DNA of 64,000 nt from Paecilomyces variotii (Eukaryota): assembly GCA_004022145.1 (NCBI GenBank), contig RCNU01000001.1, one strand, 5' to 3'. Each line of letters begins with the position of its first letter. The stretch's first letter is position 1. Below, piece by piece: positions 13,261 through 26,287 of the stretch. The notes below the pieces were generated by a model, which ran no database searches, was not told the DNA's origin, and saw only the letters and a list, made by a program, of their open reading frames with translations. A program made the position numbers and the translations under genes.

Positions 13261-13859
13261 GGTGATTGTCTCACGTATGCGGCTCTTGAGAAGGCGATGA
13301 CAGAAGAATGACAGGAAGACACTCTAGAATTGCAAGGCCGACTGCAAATTGGTTGCAAGAAAGGTGTAACGAGTTCGAGCTCAAGTAAAGCCGCAAAGTA
13401 GGTGCCACTGTGATGGAGCGATGAGGAACAGCTTCAGATTGAGTGAGGGTTATGTACTCGTATAAGCTGGTGGGTGTGCTTCGAAGGAAGCGAAGTTTTG
13501 AGGATCATCCATTGAAGAATTGTGTTTTGCGTGGGACTCCCTTCATCTTTGCAACGTGAAGAGTGATGCCTGGCTGTGAGTGCACCGCCAACACGTTCCT
13601 GCCGTCAGGTGAAAGCCTCAGCTCAAAAGCCGGCTTCTCACGACAGCCCAGCCTTGTGATGCAATTCTTTTAGCAGTGAAATAACAGTCATTGTATGAGA
13701 GTCTGCTCATTAGACGGCTACTAGCTACTTATTTTCTCTTTATAATGTCCAGACTACTACTTGGGTATCTTGCGCTGACAGCCAGCGCCACATATACAGA
13801 ACTCAGAAAGACAGATCGTACGTCCATGGCTCATAATTTCAAAAGGGAACAAGTAACAA

Positions 13860-16800
13860 TCATAGGGCCCATTCATCAGTCCTGTCAGACTCGCTGATAA
13901 ATGGCTTATCAATTTGCTTGATCGCGTGGTCACCACATAATATGCTATACAGACGTATCAGCACTCAATCTTGGGGTTGAGTAGTGGGGTATCTTACCAG
14001 GATTCAGCCACCAAACCATCCAACTCCTTCACGATCTTCTCCTTCTTGGACGTCGCGATATCGCCCTTGTGGAGTTGAGCCTGCAGGTCACGTATATATT
14101 TCTTCTTTCCTCCTGCACCTTCGAGTACCTCTTTACCAAGGCAGTCACTGTGAAAGGCATGCTGACAGGGAAAGACAAAGAACTGTCGGCTGAGCACGGG
14201 CAAGAAGCAGATCCAACACTTCTCCCCCGGCTCGACGATAGCATAACGACTATCGAGATCTGCGATTTCCGCGCGTATCTGCTGGGCTGTCTGTGCCGAG
14301 TTATCCATCTCCTGTCTCAGGGAATCGATATGGCGTGAATAGTCCTCGAGAGCAGTGCAGATCTCGTCTTTGAAGTCATCAATAACCACAAAGTCAGGGA
14401 AAAAGGGAATAAGATCTTCAATGCGAAGGAGCTCGCAGCGACGCAAGAATTCAATCGCGTCCTTGATACCAGTTCCAGGTTGTCGGATTTTCTTTTCAGC
14501 CACCAGAAGCCATAGCTTCTTGCGAAGCTTGTCATCGCCCTCAGGACGGTCTGCAACAATGGCGGCCAGCTCGACATCATTATGCTTCAGAGCAAGCTCA
14601 ACTGCCTGCACATACTGTCCCATCGTGCTATAGATGTGGATGCATGACTGCACCCTTTGATGCTGTATGCATAGACGTAGGGCGAAGTCCGCGTCGTACG
14701 GTGGGGGAGACGAAGGCTGAGATTCGAGGTACGTGAGCAATGCAGCTTCTGATGTAGAAGGGCTAGATGCATGAATGGAAATCAGGGTATTGTGTACTGC
14801 TGCTGAAGGATTAGGGTGATTTGCGATGATGAAATTGAGGTAGCGGACGGCTTGGTTCTGGCTCAGAGACACGTTGGAAGCCTTGTTGTAGCTGAGCAGA
14901 GCGGGTATAAGCTTCTCTGGATCGAGATTTGTCTGTCTCATCAGGATATCGACCACTCCCGTAGCGGCATGTATCATCAGCACGCTGCTATATTTATAGA
15001 AGACTTCCGGATTAGTTTGCTTTTGCAGAACATTCAGAGCCTCCGACCACTTTTCCCGTTGGATCCAGTATGACAATACGTAGTTGTAGTCATTGGTAGT
15101 CGTCGCGAAAAATAACAGCTCCTCTTCTCTGCCATGGCTGCTGATAATGTCATATACTGTTTTCTGGTCAATGTCGGACTTGTACTTTGTCACAAATTCC
15201 CGAAACTCGCTCTGGACACTGTCAAGCTGGCCCTTCGCCTCTGTAGGACTTGTGCCTTCAGCTAGCTCTGCCTTGGTTGCAATGGCATCGTCGAGAGAAT
15301 TAAGCTTTGTCATGAACACTTCCACAAGCCAACTGGTGAGCATGACCCTCTGCATCACGGCAGATCTTTTGTAAGATGACAGTTGAGTGAGGAGGTATTT
15401 TCGCAGTGCATCGTGTTCCCCACGGTCAATAAATGTTAGGCAGACCTCCTCAAAAGGTTTACTGCTCTTTCCCCAGACCGCAGCCGCTTCGAGATAACGG
15501 CCTTTGCTGGCTAGATAATCACCCGAAGCTGTGGCAACGGCATCTTTTTGGGCGGAGCCGCGCGCATAACGCAAGGCTTCGTCAAACTTTTGTTCTTTCA
15601 GGAACGACTTCCAGACATCCCGGTCTTCATCATTGGCAACGACCTCGAAGATCTCCTGGGGCGTAAAAAGCCAGAATGTATTCTTGGTCTGGTCCGACAG
15701 GAGGCCAAGAGCGCTTTCGCCCGGTTCAAGCACGGCTTGATCGTAGACGCGTTCTCCGCTAAGACGATTTACAGCGACCACCTGACCTTCAACGAGAGCC
15801 AGAACATGCCATTGCGAGAGCGTCAATGATGTTATTGGGTCCTGTATCATTTTCCGTCCTCCTCTGGCGGATTGGGTCTCAGGGAAGAAAGAACGTGGCA
15901 GCATTTTCGCGTCATCGAATGGTCGACTGGTGCCATCCGACGAATTACGAAGCTGTCCGTAGAGGATTCCTTCCGCAGAAAGCCATGCGAACTGTCTCTC
16001 TGACAATTGCCCCTCCACATAGTGGCCATCTGACGGGTTTGGCGAAATGCTCAAAACGGATGGAGCCGAATTGGAGGGCTTTGATATCTCGTAAACTTGC
16101 GGCGTTTCCCGCTGGAAGAATTCCGGAAATATTGGGCCACCCCCTTCCCTTCCATGTCGGCCTGTACGCCCAAGGAAATGCAAGAGTTTTCCTTGAGTAG
16201 ATAAAAGAACGCGTCTCTGGTCGGACTTCCCAGGAACAGAGTCCACCCAAATACCGGTGACAGATGTATCGGCCACCCTGTATACGTTGTTGACATACTT
16301 CTCCTCTCTTCTATAGAACTCCGTGGAGGGCTCAATGTACACCTCGAAGACATTACCATCCGTAGTACCAATCAAAATCTCCCTTGTCGACGCCGTGGGC
16401 ACTGAAGGATTCCATGCGACACTCTCAATTGAGACGCCCTTCAATCGTGACAGCGGTTTCGGGTTTCTGGACTGGGCATGCAGGTAGTAGTTCTCTCCGA
16501 GAGTCGTAGTTATAATTAGGTGTGACGCAGATGGATCAAGGAACATGCGACGGATCAGTCCTATCTCCGAGCTCTTCTTTGGGAGGTCGATATCTGCGAA
16601 TTGAGTTGTATTAGCACTTGTGGAATGGAGCACGTATTGGACTTTGTATGCGCATACCATCAACATCCTCTGGGGTCTCAAGATCAATTCGCAGTATTCG
16701 TCCTGTCGATAGCGCTAGGATAAGCACATTGTTGGCGACCTGGGCTGCTACGAAGTCCGCAGCTACTGAGAACTGAAGCTGTACACGTTGGACTTCGAAA

Positions 16801-16865
16801 ATGGGAAGCGAGGCTTCCGTCAAGTTGCTCGAGGCAACATAACCAGTGGACACGTCGAGCGCCAT
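13860..16865 (-). CDS. vps18: Vacuolar protein sorting protein Vps18/Pep3 (HOPS/CORVET subunit)
   Basis: MALDVSTG start; beta-propeller and clathrin-repeat region; C-terminal RING CWIC...FPCQHAFHSDC...CILCG. Two introns (~16.6 kb and ~13.97 kb). Confidence 0.95.
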
Positions 16866-17947
16866 TGTGCGCTAATCATACGGAGATTATATCATATCCA
16901 GGTACTTAGGAACTCTGGATCTCCGTCTGCGTTAGACGGTCAGCGGCATGGAGCTCGATGTCGTGTTGCGTAGGTTAGCTCCGATAACAGGACGCCAAGC
17001 AGCTGCGCTTGGTGCCTGAGGCATCAAACTAGAGCCACATCCGATAAACGAGCGGACACGAGGGGACCTGTATACATTCACTCAGATTAATATCTAGAAA
17101 TTTGAGTACAACCTGTTATTGAAGCAGCCATTATCGCCAATACATCCTCCACTACTTCAGAATCACAAGCATGATACCACGAACTGAGGACGATAATGTG
17201 ATTGTGTGGGCCGTAATGACCTTATTCCTCGGCATAATCTGTAGATTCTACTATCCCACAATGTCGAAGCACTTCGAACAATCAGATTTCTAATTCAGAA
17301 CTTGTACTTTCCTTGCTGACCCTGATGGTTACTCCTCTGCTCCTAACAGGTTCACGTACAATAACGACTTCTGATCCTATATCGTTCTAGAAGTTGCCTA
17401 ACGATACTGAAGAATATGGCTCTATATTTTCATCCAATATGCCTGATATGTGATACGTAAATCGTTCTACCTTAAACACCTTCGAACCTGGAGGAAATAA
17501 GTCGTCAGTGTACTCATATATCTGATGCTTGAATAAGCTGCTTCATCCATCGTCCACAAACTAGCATCACCAACAGTAAGGGGCGTGCTGAACTGCTGGC
17601 CCGAAGAAATCTACGTTTCTCAAAAGAAAACGAACAGAATGTCATCATCGATCTCCTTTAACATAGAATGACATTACAGACTATGACGGGATAGTGGTGC
17701 TATATTTCTCTTGCCTCGTGGCTACTTCGCAGCTTCCTCCTATTTCGCTCTTTCACCTAAGTTGCGCTTCCCCGCTGTAAAGTAGAGTGAACGACAACTA
17801 GACGCGAATTCCAACAGACAAGAACTGCGTTTCCTTCTCTCACTAGTTTTCGAAATATCATACTCGACCACATTTAAACCCAGAGATTCCCATTATTACT
17901 TGAACACACCAGAAGGATACATTAGGGGGAATCACCCAAGCTGAACA

Positions 17948-18607
17948 ATGGCCACTCAGGAGCAAATCCGCAAAACGAAACTCCTACTTCGTGGGCCAGG
18001 GCTTGTGTTGAGTATGGTATTTCTCGTTCTGATCAGCTATTGCTCTATCCATCGGTACGTATTGTCCTAGACTACCTGGTTATTAAATTTCCTCGAGAGA
18101 AAACAACGCAGGAGAATGCTAATACCGACCTCTAATAAGTGGCTGGTGGACGGACCTTACAACCCCTCTCACTATAGGCGTTGTAACCTCTCTGGCAACA
18201 CTCATCGTGATGTCAGCCAGCCTCTTCTACATGCATCGCTCTTTTGGCGACATGATATCCGGAAACTCGGGTTACATCTTCAAGAAGATTCCAGCGTGCA
18301 CGGTTCCGATGCTCATTGACTTGATACTCTTGAACGCTTGGATATGGACAGTCTTCTTCTCTGTGCGGCACAACAAGGGAAGAGATACAACCAAAGGGAT
18401 GAATCAGCCGCCAACGGCGTTATGGACTCTCGCCATTAGCTGTGCGGTTGCGGAGTGGTCAGTAGCATCAATGAATTTCTATTTCGCTCTGGCTCCATGA
18501 CCACTGAACTGACATTTTTCAGTATCATTTGCACCCTAGCCCCTGTCCACTGTTTTATGGAATACCGTTCCCGGTCCGTGAGGGAGAAGAGTGCAACATC
18601 TTGGTGA
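17948..18607 (+). CDS. Small putative multi-pass membrane protein (3 exons)
   Basis: ATG at 17948; GTACGT..CTAAT..TAAG and GTCAGT..CTGAC..CAG introns join one open frame with about 4 hydrophobic segments, ending at TGA 18605-07. Confidence 0.55.
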
Positions 18608-18872
18608 CCGGCTTCAGCTATAAAGAAGCATATCTTACACTTGAATTATAGGTCACAAATTGGGTGTTAATTACTTAGATCAGGGATTCCTGCAGACTCG
18701 GGGGTCTTTGCGTTCCTTTAGTTCTTGAGGTCATGACTTTATCATTAGTCGGGAATTATTGTACTTGTAACTAAATACAATCATTTGTCTTAGAGACGCA
18801 ATGCAACCAAAGAGGAACATCGTGGTCTGATATCTCCCGTAGCAGAGATCAACAGCAAAAACCATTGTTCAG

Positions 18873-20761
18873 CTAGACTCTTTTTGCCTTCGCTTTGGCT
18901 CTTGCGTTGGCCCTTGCAGCCACGAAATATTCGGAATATATAGTACCAAATAGAAACATCACAACCCGTCCGATCAAGAGACCAAAGACAATGGAATACT
19001 GAACTGCATGCGTACTCAACCGCAGCAGTCTCATCAGCCCTGGAAGCCTATGCCCTTCCATACTCAATTTCATCCTCTCTTCCTCGGGAGAGGGACAATC
19101 CACAATGGGAAAGGGTAACTTCACCTCCGGCCAAATATCCATCGCGGCCTTCACACCAGCTGTAAACCCTTGCTCATGGAATCCCTCCCTCATCCAAGCC
19201 CCAGCGAACCAAATACCTCTACGTCCTTGGATTTGATGTAATTCATTCTGTGCCTGCATACTGGCACTATCATAGACTGGATGGCGAAAGTAGAATGTGC
19301 CCTGGATCGATGATGGGTCGGGAACTCGACAAGGGTTGAGAGTAGTGAGGATAGGGCCCGTTATGGAGATATCTTGGCCTGGCAGATCGTTTAGGTTTGC
19401 TGTCAGGGAAACATGAGGGCCAGAAGGAACAGAGGTGCTGAAGTCATGGTAATTCCATGCGGACCACGCTTTGCGATTTCGGGGCATGAACTGGTCGACA
19501 CTTTTGCATCAGTAAACACGTTCCATATGTTTCCAGGGGTTTTTTGTAATTATCCACCCCATAACAACACGAGATAATATACATACCGATGTATCCGAAT
19601 GCAAGAACACTCTACTCGGACTTGTCCTGAAGCATCCCAATATCCTCCTCTCATCATCAGTGGCCCCATCTCCCAGAATGCGCAACGCCTCATCACCAGC
19701 AGTGGCTACAATAACCCTATCGAATCGCTCAATAGATCCATCTGCCGTATGCAACAAAAGCGAAGCCCCCCTCCCTTCAACCCTGCAATCTGACTCAACC
19801 TTAACAATAGGCGTCGAAACATGCAAATTCCCAACTGGGAGACCCTCCAAGATACGATCCACATATTGCTTCGCACCATCTTTGATAACCAACCACTGCA
19901 CACCATCATCGCCAAACGAGGAATTGAGAAGTAAATGATTCTTGAAATACGCAACGAGCATTAGTATCGGTATCGAATTTAACGTCTGGTTCGGATCATT
20001 AACCCATATCGACGACGCGAGTGGGATTAGGTAATTATCTCGAAATGTCGAGGAGTAGTTGTTTCGTTTGAGGTAGGAGCCTACGGATTCTTCCTCTTCT
20101 TCTTTCTGTTGGGATTTGAGATTCTGGTTATGGTTCTGATTCAGGGGGTTGTACTTGTTGTTGTTATGGTGGAGGATGTCCGTGGCGAAGAGGTTAAATC
20201 TCCATATATCAAAAAGCATGCGCCATACGCTTGGGGAGAGGAGGTTTCGGCGCTGTGCGAAGAATGTTGAGAGGGAGGTGGATGACCATTCGAATTGGCC
20301 GTTGTCTCTGCTGAGGCCGAATGTGATTCGCATGGGGAGAGAGGCGATGTTGAGGTGAGAGAGTAAGGATGTGAAGTTTGCTGGATGGGTAGATGGATAG
20401 ACAGGGTTAGTTTGCATCTTCTTATGTCTAAACCAGGCATAAAGTGAGAATGTAAGTACTCGAAAATGAAATTTGAGAGATAAGTAGGTAATGATCACGG
20501 AACAGAAAAAAGCATACGATATGTCAACTTATTATACAGCGTAAATGCAATATCCACCATTGTAACGCCACCAGCTTTCGAAAGATTGCGCCATGGAACT
20601 GTCAGTGTATGACCGCCTACACGGTCGTCTGCTTCGTAAAGATGTGTCTCAATCTCGTCTTCTTCGTCATGTTGCTGTTTCTGTTTCTGCTGCTGTTGTA
20701 GCGTCCATAGAGCAGCTAGACCCGAGACACCACTACCGACTATCGCAACGCGGAGTGGCAT
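18873..20761 (-). CDS. FAD/NAD-binding amine-oxidase-family protein (COG2907-like), 3 exons
   Basis: VAIVGSGVSGLAA..YEADDRVGGHT..VDIAF; FGLSRDNGQFEWSS; LHSDTS/FMPRNRKAWSAWNY; IQGRRGIWFAGAW..GFHEQG; C-terminal hydrophobic tail. Confidence 0.85.
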
Positions 20762-22495
20762 GACTGGCAATTCAAGACTGAAACTTGTGCAGTTGGAAAG
20801 AACTGCAAAGCAATATGACATGAAAATTGGAAGAAGTATACGTATATTTCCTACGTATCCCAGGCCAAAGAAGCCGGAAAGGCAGCTTTTAGGTATTTAT
20901 AAATTCAGATCTTCCCACGTGGTGCGTGCTAACCTTAGCATCCGTGCAAATAGGCATATAATTAGAATAAACTAACAGTATCGTAAGCAGCCAGATTACC
21001 CTGGCTGAAGGATCGAAGAGTATTGAGAGATTTAGTTACGGCTGTGACGTCTGAGTAAACATAACCCCTGGGGGCCGTGCACCCTCTTTCTTGACAGAAG
21101 GACGAACCATTAGAAGAGGATGTAAGACGTGGACATAGGAAATGATTCGTACCATCTCGAGGAGGTTGTTTGCTTCTTGTGGTGAGATGTTCTTGTGACC
21201 GAGTTGATACACATACATAGGGAGCAGAATGGAATAGAGTCACAACTAGCGTCGATATTGTGAGGCGAGTGTTACGAGCTGTGTCCCATTGGGATGACGG
21301 GCTCTTCAGCTGATAACCTGTTTCGAGTCAAGTACTACGACATTGGAAGGAAGAGTCTCTTGTCTTGTACTACGCCCATCATCCTTCCATGACATGTGAT
21401 GAACGATAGTATACTCATATACCAGAGACAAAGTGCGTTGATGAATCTCAACCTAATCTTTGAGGGTGTGCAACCAATAGTATTTGTACAACAAGTATAT
21501 TCTTCTGACTGTTTGATTGTTCTGCCCCCAACTTCTCAGTCTCACGTCATTCTTCCGACACCAAACAGTCTTTGGTATCCTGGCATTTCTCGATTTGTAA
21601 TATTGACAGGCTTATTGACATGAGCCCGATAAGCACGTAGGGACATGCGCTTATTTTCATATCTATATATAGCTATAGATCTTGAAAAAGGATCTAGGTA
21701 GAATACTTGGACCCAATCGTGGAAGCACACTTTCCCTGAATCTTACTAAAATCTGAGCTCAGCTCTGCATACCAGGCTCAGTGCCACGTGTTCGACGTCT
21801 AGGCATCTTCAGTACACTCTTGAGCTTGACTTGGGCTAGAAGGGTCTTAGCTCACGTGTGGCGGCGGTGAATTCATCAGAGAGAAAAGGAAAGCAGTGAT
21901 AAAAGAAGCCTATCAGAGCGCAGTGAAGAGAGCGGAATAGATGCGATCTTGGAATTAGCATTAAAACTGTAGCCACTGTTGAAGACCAGCTTACAGCAAG
22001 TTTCACATTCGGAATGTCAAATTTACTAGAAATGCACACATCCATATATCATCAAAAATGTTCATAAAAGAGTCACATAAACTCCAGTGGTGCGCCTTTT
22101 GGCCTATATAAGAAAGAGAACTGGGATATCAATCGAGCCCAAGACAGTCAAGGCTCCAGTTAAGAGGAATGCAGTCGAGAAAATAATCTGTACCTGACAG
22201 CGCAGTTCGACAGTATGAAAATGAGAAGGCCCAGAGAAAAGGGACTGAAGATCCGCGGTGGAAGATCCAAGAAGATAATGCGGGATGCTTTCCAGTGATA
22301 GGGAACGAACTGCCACTTGCTGACAAGAAACTTAGAGGCAATAGCAAACAAAAGTAACATAACTTCTTTGAGAAGAAGCCACAATAATCCTCATCAGGGA
22401 TCTGCATCCGGTGTACAGCTTTTCGATGGAAGACCCATGGCATGAGATGTTAGATCCTGCATAGTTGCCACTTATGCTCGCGGAATAATGTATGC

Positions 22496-24130
22496 TTATG
22501 CTGGATTGTTCGTTCCGGACATCTCAAGGTCCTGTTGACCATTTTCCTCCACGTGGAATGGTATCTTCACATCCACAGGCAGAGGCTCGCCAGACCTGGG
22601 GGAATGTTCCTGCTCATCAGTTGCAGCTCTTGCGGGACGCTTTCTGCCTAGTCTCTCACACCAGGTCTCCGCGCTGACTAGAGTGTCGTTTACAACACTG
22701 CTGACCTGCGCCATCATCTCCAGACCCTCTTGGGCAAGCACTAAAACTCTATGAGCACTGATAGTCGCTTCCGACGAGGAAGACGAAGACTCTGGGTGAG
22801 GATTGGATGTCGAGGCAATGCGGAACCTCTGCGGCAGAGAGGTGAGATGCCTGCGGACAAGATTGCGCGCGTTTTCAGGCAAGGCGCCTCCTGCGTACTT
22901 CGAGACGATGTCCACGACCTGTTTCAGGGTAGCTAGTACATCTTCCTTGACAGCCTGGATCCGTTGGGAGAGCTGTGCATGATCAGCGGAGCCTTGAGAG
23001 CCGTTGACAGTAGGAAGGCCCGCAGCCTGGTGCTCGTCCCATTGCTTCAAGACATTCCTGAGAGCCAGAACAGCATGACCCAACCGGCCATTTGCCCACT
23101 TCAACCAAGTGAGACAATACTGCAAGCTGCGCAGGGATTCTTCGCTCATGGCCACACCAAGGCCAGAGGTCGAAATCACCAGTCGATTTGCCCACGCTTG
23201 GCGAGGCTGCACTGTCGTTCTTTCATCACTATGCCCTTTCTCATCATCCTGAGTGACTTCTTCATACTTCGGGGACTTATTGTCATCATAAGGCGGTAAG
23301 GGCTCTGCTGAGGATAGGTCAGAGGACCGGCGGGAACGGGCTGGATATTCGAATTCCTCCACTCCTTTCTCAATGTCCATTTGATTTGATTGGGCGTCGC
23401 CATTCATCTTCCTCCGCTTGCTACGGTCATTACCTGTCGCTGTCGATTCGCGTCGCTGCAATGCCCAGCGGAGGCCGCCTTCCACGCCAGTCTTGCGGCC
23501 CACCGAGCCCACTGTATTCACAACGGGAGATCCGATATTGCGCTCGATGAATTCAGCACCGTACCTGAACCGTGGAGAATAAGATTTGGACGTAGTATAA
23601 GCAGACATTGAACCCTTGATCGCCGACGAGACCAAAGGATGGGTCGAGGTGAGTAGGGACAGCAGCGGTTCCGCCTGCGGGGTTTCGGTAGTTGGAGGTC
23701 CTGCGGGGGACACTTGTTGCGCCGGGTGTGAAGATCGAGGAGATTGTCCGAAATCTGTGCATGTAGCGATCAGTGACGCTGTATTTCGATTTTGCAGACA
23801 CCCAGCGCCTGTTCAGTCAGGCTTGTCCTTACCGGAGCGCAGCCCCTCCAGCGCCTGGGCAGCTTCGATATCATCCATGGAGAGCACACTAGTAGCGCGC
23901 CGCGAGCGGTCGTCTGCCGCAGAATTCCTATCGACTTCCATCATACTGGCGGATTCATGTTCAAAGCGGGTGGTGGTGGTGGTGGTAGAAATAGGAGGTC
24001 CTCGGGGATCCCTCACTGATGAGACAGCAGGAGTTGGAGACGGCGCAGACACCACCGTCGAGAGTTGGGGATCGAGTCGAGGATAACTAGCGGGCTCGGA
24101 CGAAGCAACGCCGTCAGGGCGGTTCGCCAT
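22496..24130 (-). CDS. opi1: Opi1-family transcriptional repressor of phospholipid synthesis
   Basis: SMDDIEAAQALEGLR; ISTSGLGVAMSEESLRSLQYCL.WL; VDIVSKYAGGALPENARNLVRRHLTSLPQRF; RVLVLAQEGLEM. One intron near 23.8 kb. Confidence 0.9.
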
Positions 24131-24222
24131 GGGAGGCTGACCTATAATACTCGGTTTTCTGTCGTGGCGTTGACAGCACTTCTGCGTCTGGAGGGAGCAG
24201 TTCGGGGATGCGGTTTGCTTCG

Positions 24223-24232
24223 CACGTGAAAA
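24223..24232. promoter_or_regulatory. UAS-INO-like E-box (CACGTGAAAA) 93 bp upstream of opi1
   Basis: Matches the yeast ICRE/UAS-INO consensus CAYRTGAARW. Confidence 0.35.
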
Positions 24233-25741
24233 CGAGGAGTTGTCCGCCAATCTGTCTGGCGATAATGTCAATCTCTTCGGGGAATTCTGAGTCAAAAGCG
24301 TCGCAGGCGTCGATGCAATAGGGCAAACGCTGCAACCGATGCTCAACCAGAGGGCAACATGGCCATCTCTCAGATGCGATGGCAATATTGTAATGGGTCC
24401 CGCTGTGCGATGTCGGGATCAGATGCGATACGAGGTGAGTCGGGCACGGCCGCCTGGTTCCGTTGCCGATGGTACTTCTATGTATACGCTATTTGTATAC
24501 GCTATTTACTCTCAGATTCCTTCAAAGCGCTGTTTTACAGAGCAGAAAATGATCTGATTTCCAAACTGTCACTACTCGTATAGACTGGTTGAGCGGACAT
24601 GTGTCTCAGCCGATCCAGTTATCGGTCCTTTTTTCCCATCGAAACATCTCCCGCTTCCAAAAGGAGCCTCCAAAGTCAGTACTACTCGACGCGCAAGTCA
24701 ATCATTTCAAGACTGCCCAGAGACTAGAAGGAATCCCCTGCATCATCTATCCTTTTGTCGTTCATCCCAACACAAAGAAAACCGACGAAGGCGAGAAGTC
24801 AGTCACGAGTCGCACAGTCACATGCAACCTGCCCAATCGCTCCTGCTCTTTCTTTCTAGTTCTCGCGCCTGCCTCGACATCATCGGCATTGACATGTGAT
24901 TACTTCGCCGTATCGGGTATCGTAGCCGACGATCCGGGATGTCGATCGTTTGCGGAATAGCGTACCACGTGAGACGCATCCAATCACGGATCAGGTGATG
25001 TTCTTTCTTTCTCCTGTCTTGGACTTGCAACCGGAGTAGAATCCTCATAGCTAGGGCTACCGAGCTTGCTGAAAAAGAGACAGGACTTTGATGTGGTTAT
25101 GTTTCTGTGTCTGGATTGCCGCTCATGGAAAACGAATATGTTATTAGGTAGGTAACTTGAAAACAATACTTAGCAGCAGGCAGCAGCGCAGCAATTGTGA
25201 AATCCAATTCTCACAATCGACCTGACGAACTAGTTGTATCTATATCAGAAGTTTCAGACTCTGCTGAAATTTCCGAACTTCGATGAAATTCCCCGCGATA
25301 CCGGAAATCCATATATGATGGAATCCGTTGATGGGACGAGCATCTTCAATGAAGAAGCTCTTGCGCAGCCTTATCGGCGCTCCTACCATGTAATGACGTA
25401 TGGTGATCTGGATATGTATCTAACATTGAACAACGTCACCATGACTTGATGGGATTGATGCATGATCCTGCTGCAGAAAAATGAAGGGAGACGCTGTAGT
25501 GCCAGAGTGCGAAATAATTGTATCCCGCGAACAGCTCTCGCGCAGCGATAAGTCTCGCGTACTCTACAGTTATGCAGGACCAGCACGCATGTGGACATTA
25601 TCATGTAGTAATTCGTGTAAAATTTTGAAAGCACTTCCTGAAAAGTCTTAACTTAGTTTGACTCACCAATTGATCGTGTTATACTCACAAGAGAGACTCT
25701 CTTACAGCAACATAGATCCATATGGGTATTATCGTGGACAC

Positions 25742-25786
25742 TGACGTCAGAGAAGATCGGCGATCTGACCGATCTCAGCCAAGATC
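25742..25786. promoter_or_regulatory. CRE palindrome plus four clustered GATC motifs upstream of the photolyase
   Basis: TGACGTCA at 25742-49; GATC at 25755, 25762, 25771 and 25783. Confidence 0.45.
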
Positions 25787-25812
25787 GCGCCAACAAGGGA
25801 TAGATAGAAGTA

Positions 25813-26190
25813 CTGTAAATCCTGGCTATAACGAATTGAATTAGACAACGTATTAGATTCGTTATAGCGAGTAATTCGCTATAGCAAATATTAGCAAAAG
25901 GTAATTTTCATTATGTAATCCTTATTTGGGACCAAAATTTTACAATATTACATAATATAGCCTTGAAAATAAATAATTTTTATTGGCTATTTGAGGATTT
26001 TTACACGTGATATGTTACTTGTTATAACGAATCCCCATATAAAAATCAGCAAAATCTAGGGGGTCGGAACGAATTTCGTTATAGGGCAATTTAACGAATA
26101 TTTGTATGGGGGGATAAATCAGACACGGTGTTCAGTTCGTTATAGCGAGAAATTCGTTATAGGGAGGTTCGTTATAGCCAGGATTTACAG
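25813..26190. mobile_element. MITE, copy 2 (378 bp), inverted relative to copy 1
   Basis: TIR CTGTAAATCCTGGCTATAACGAA...TTCGTTATAGCCAGGATTTACAG, TA-flanked. The reverse complement is colinear with 2684-3062 (e.g. GGGGATTCGTTATAACAAGTAACAT, ATCCTCAAATAGCCAATAAAA). Confidence 0.92.
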
Positions 26191-26287
26191 TAAATGAAAA
26201 GCTCAGCAAGACACAAAAATCACTTGTGTCTCCTTTTTAATCGCAATTGCACTGGTTCCTCGAAACCGAACCATTTGACACGCTATA

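Noticed and set aside
13560..13665. SRP-RNA-like look (GGCTGTGA..TCAGGTGAAAGC)
   Set aside because: I could not build the conserved helix-8 stem; more likely promoter or terminator sequence.
23813..24385. Non-AUG N-terminal extension of Opi1
   Set aside because: The open frame upstream of the ATG has no recognisable conservation, and the ORF track simply allows TTG/GTG starts.
2684..26190. Composite transposon bounded by the two MITEs
   Set aside because: Each copy has its own TIR pair and TA flanks, the TIRs differ between copies, and the enclosed genes include core genes (vps18, opi1).
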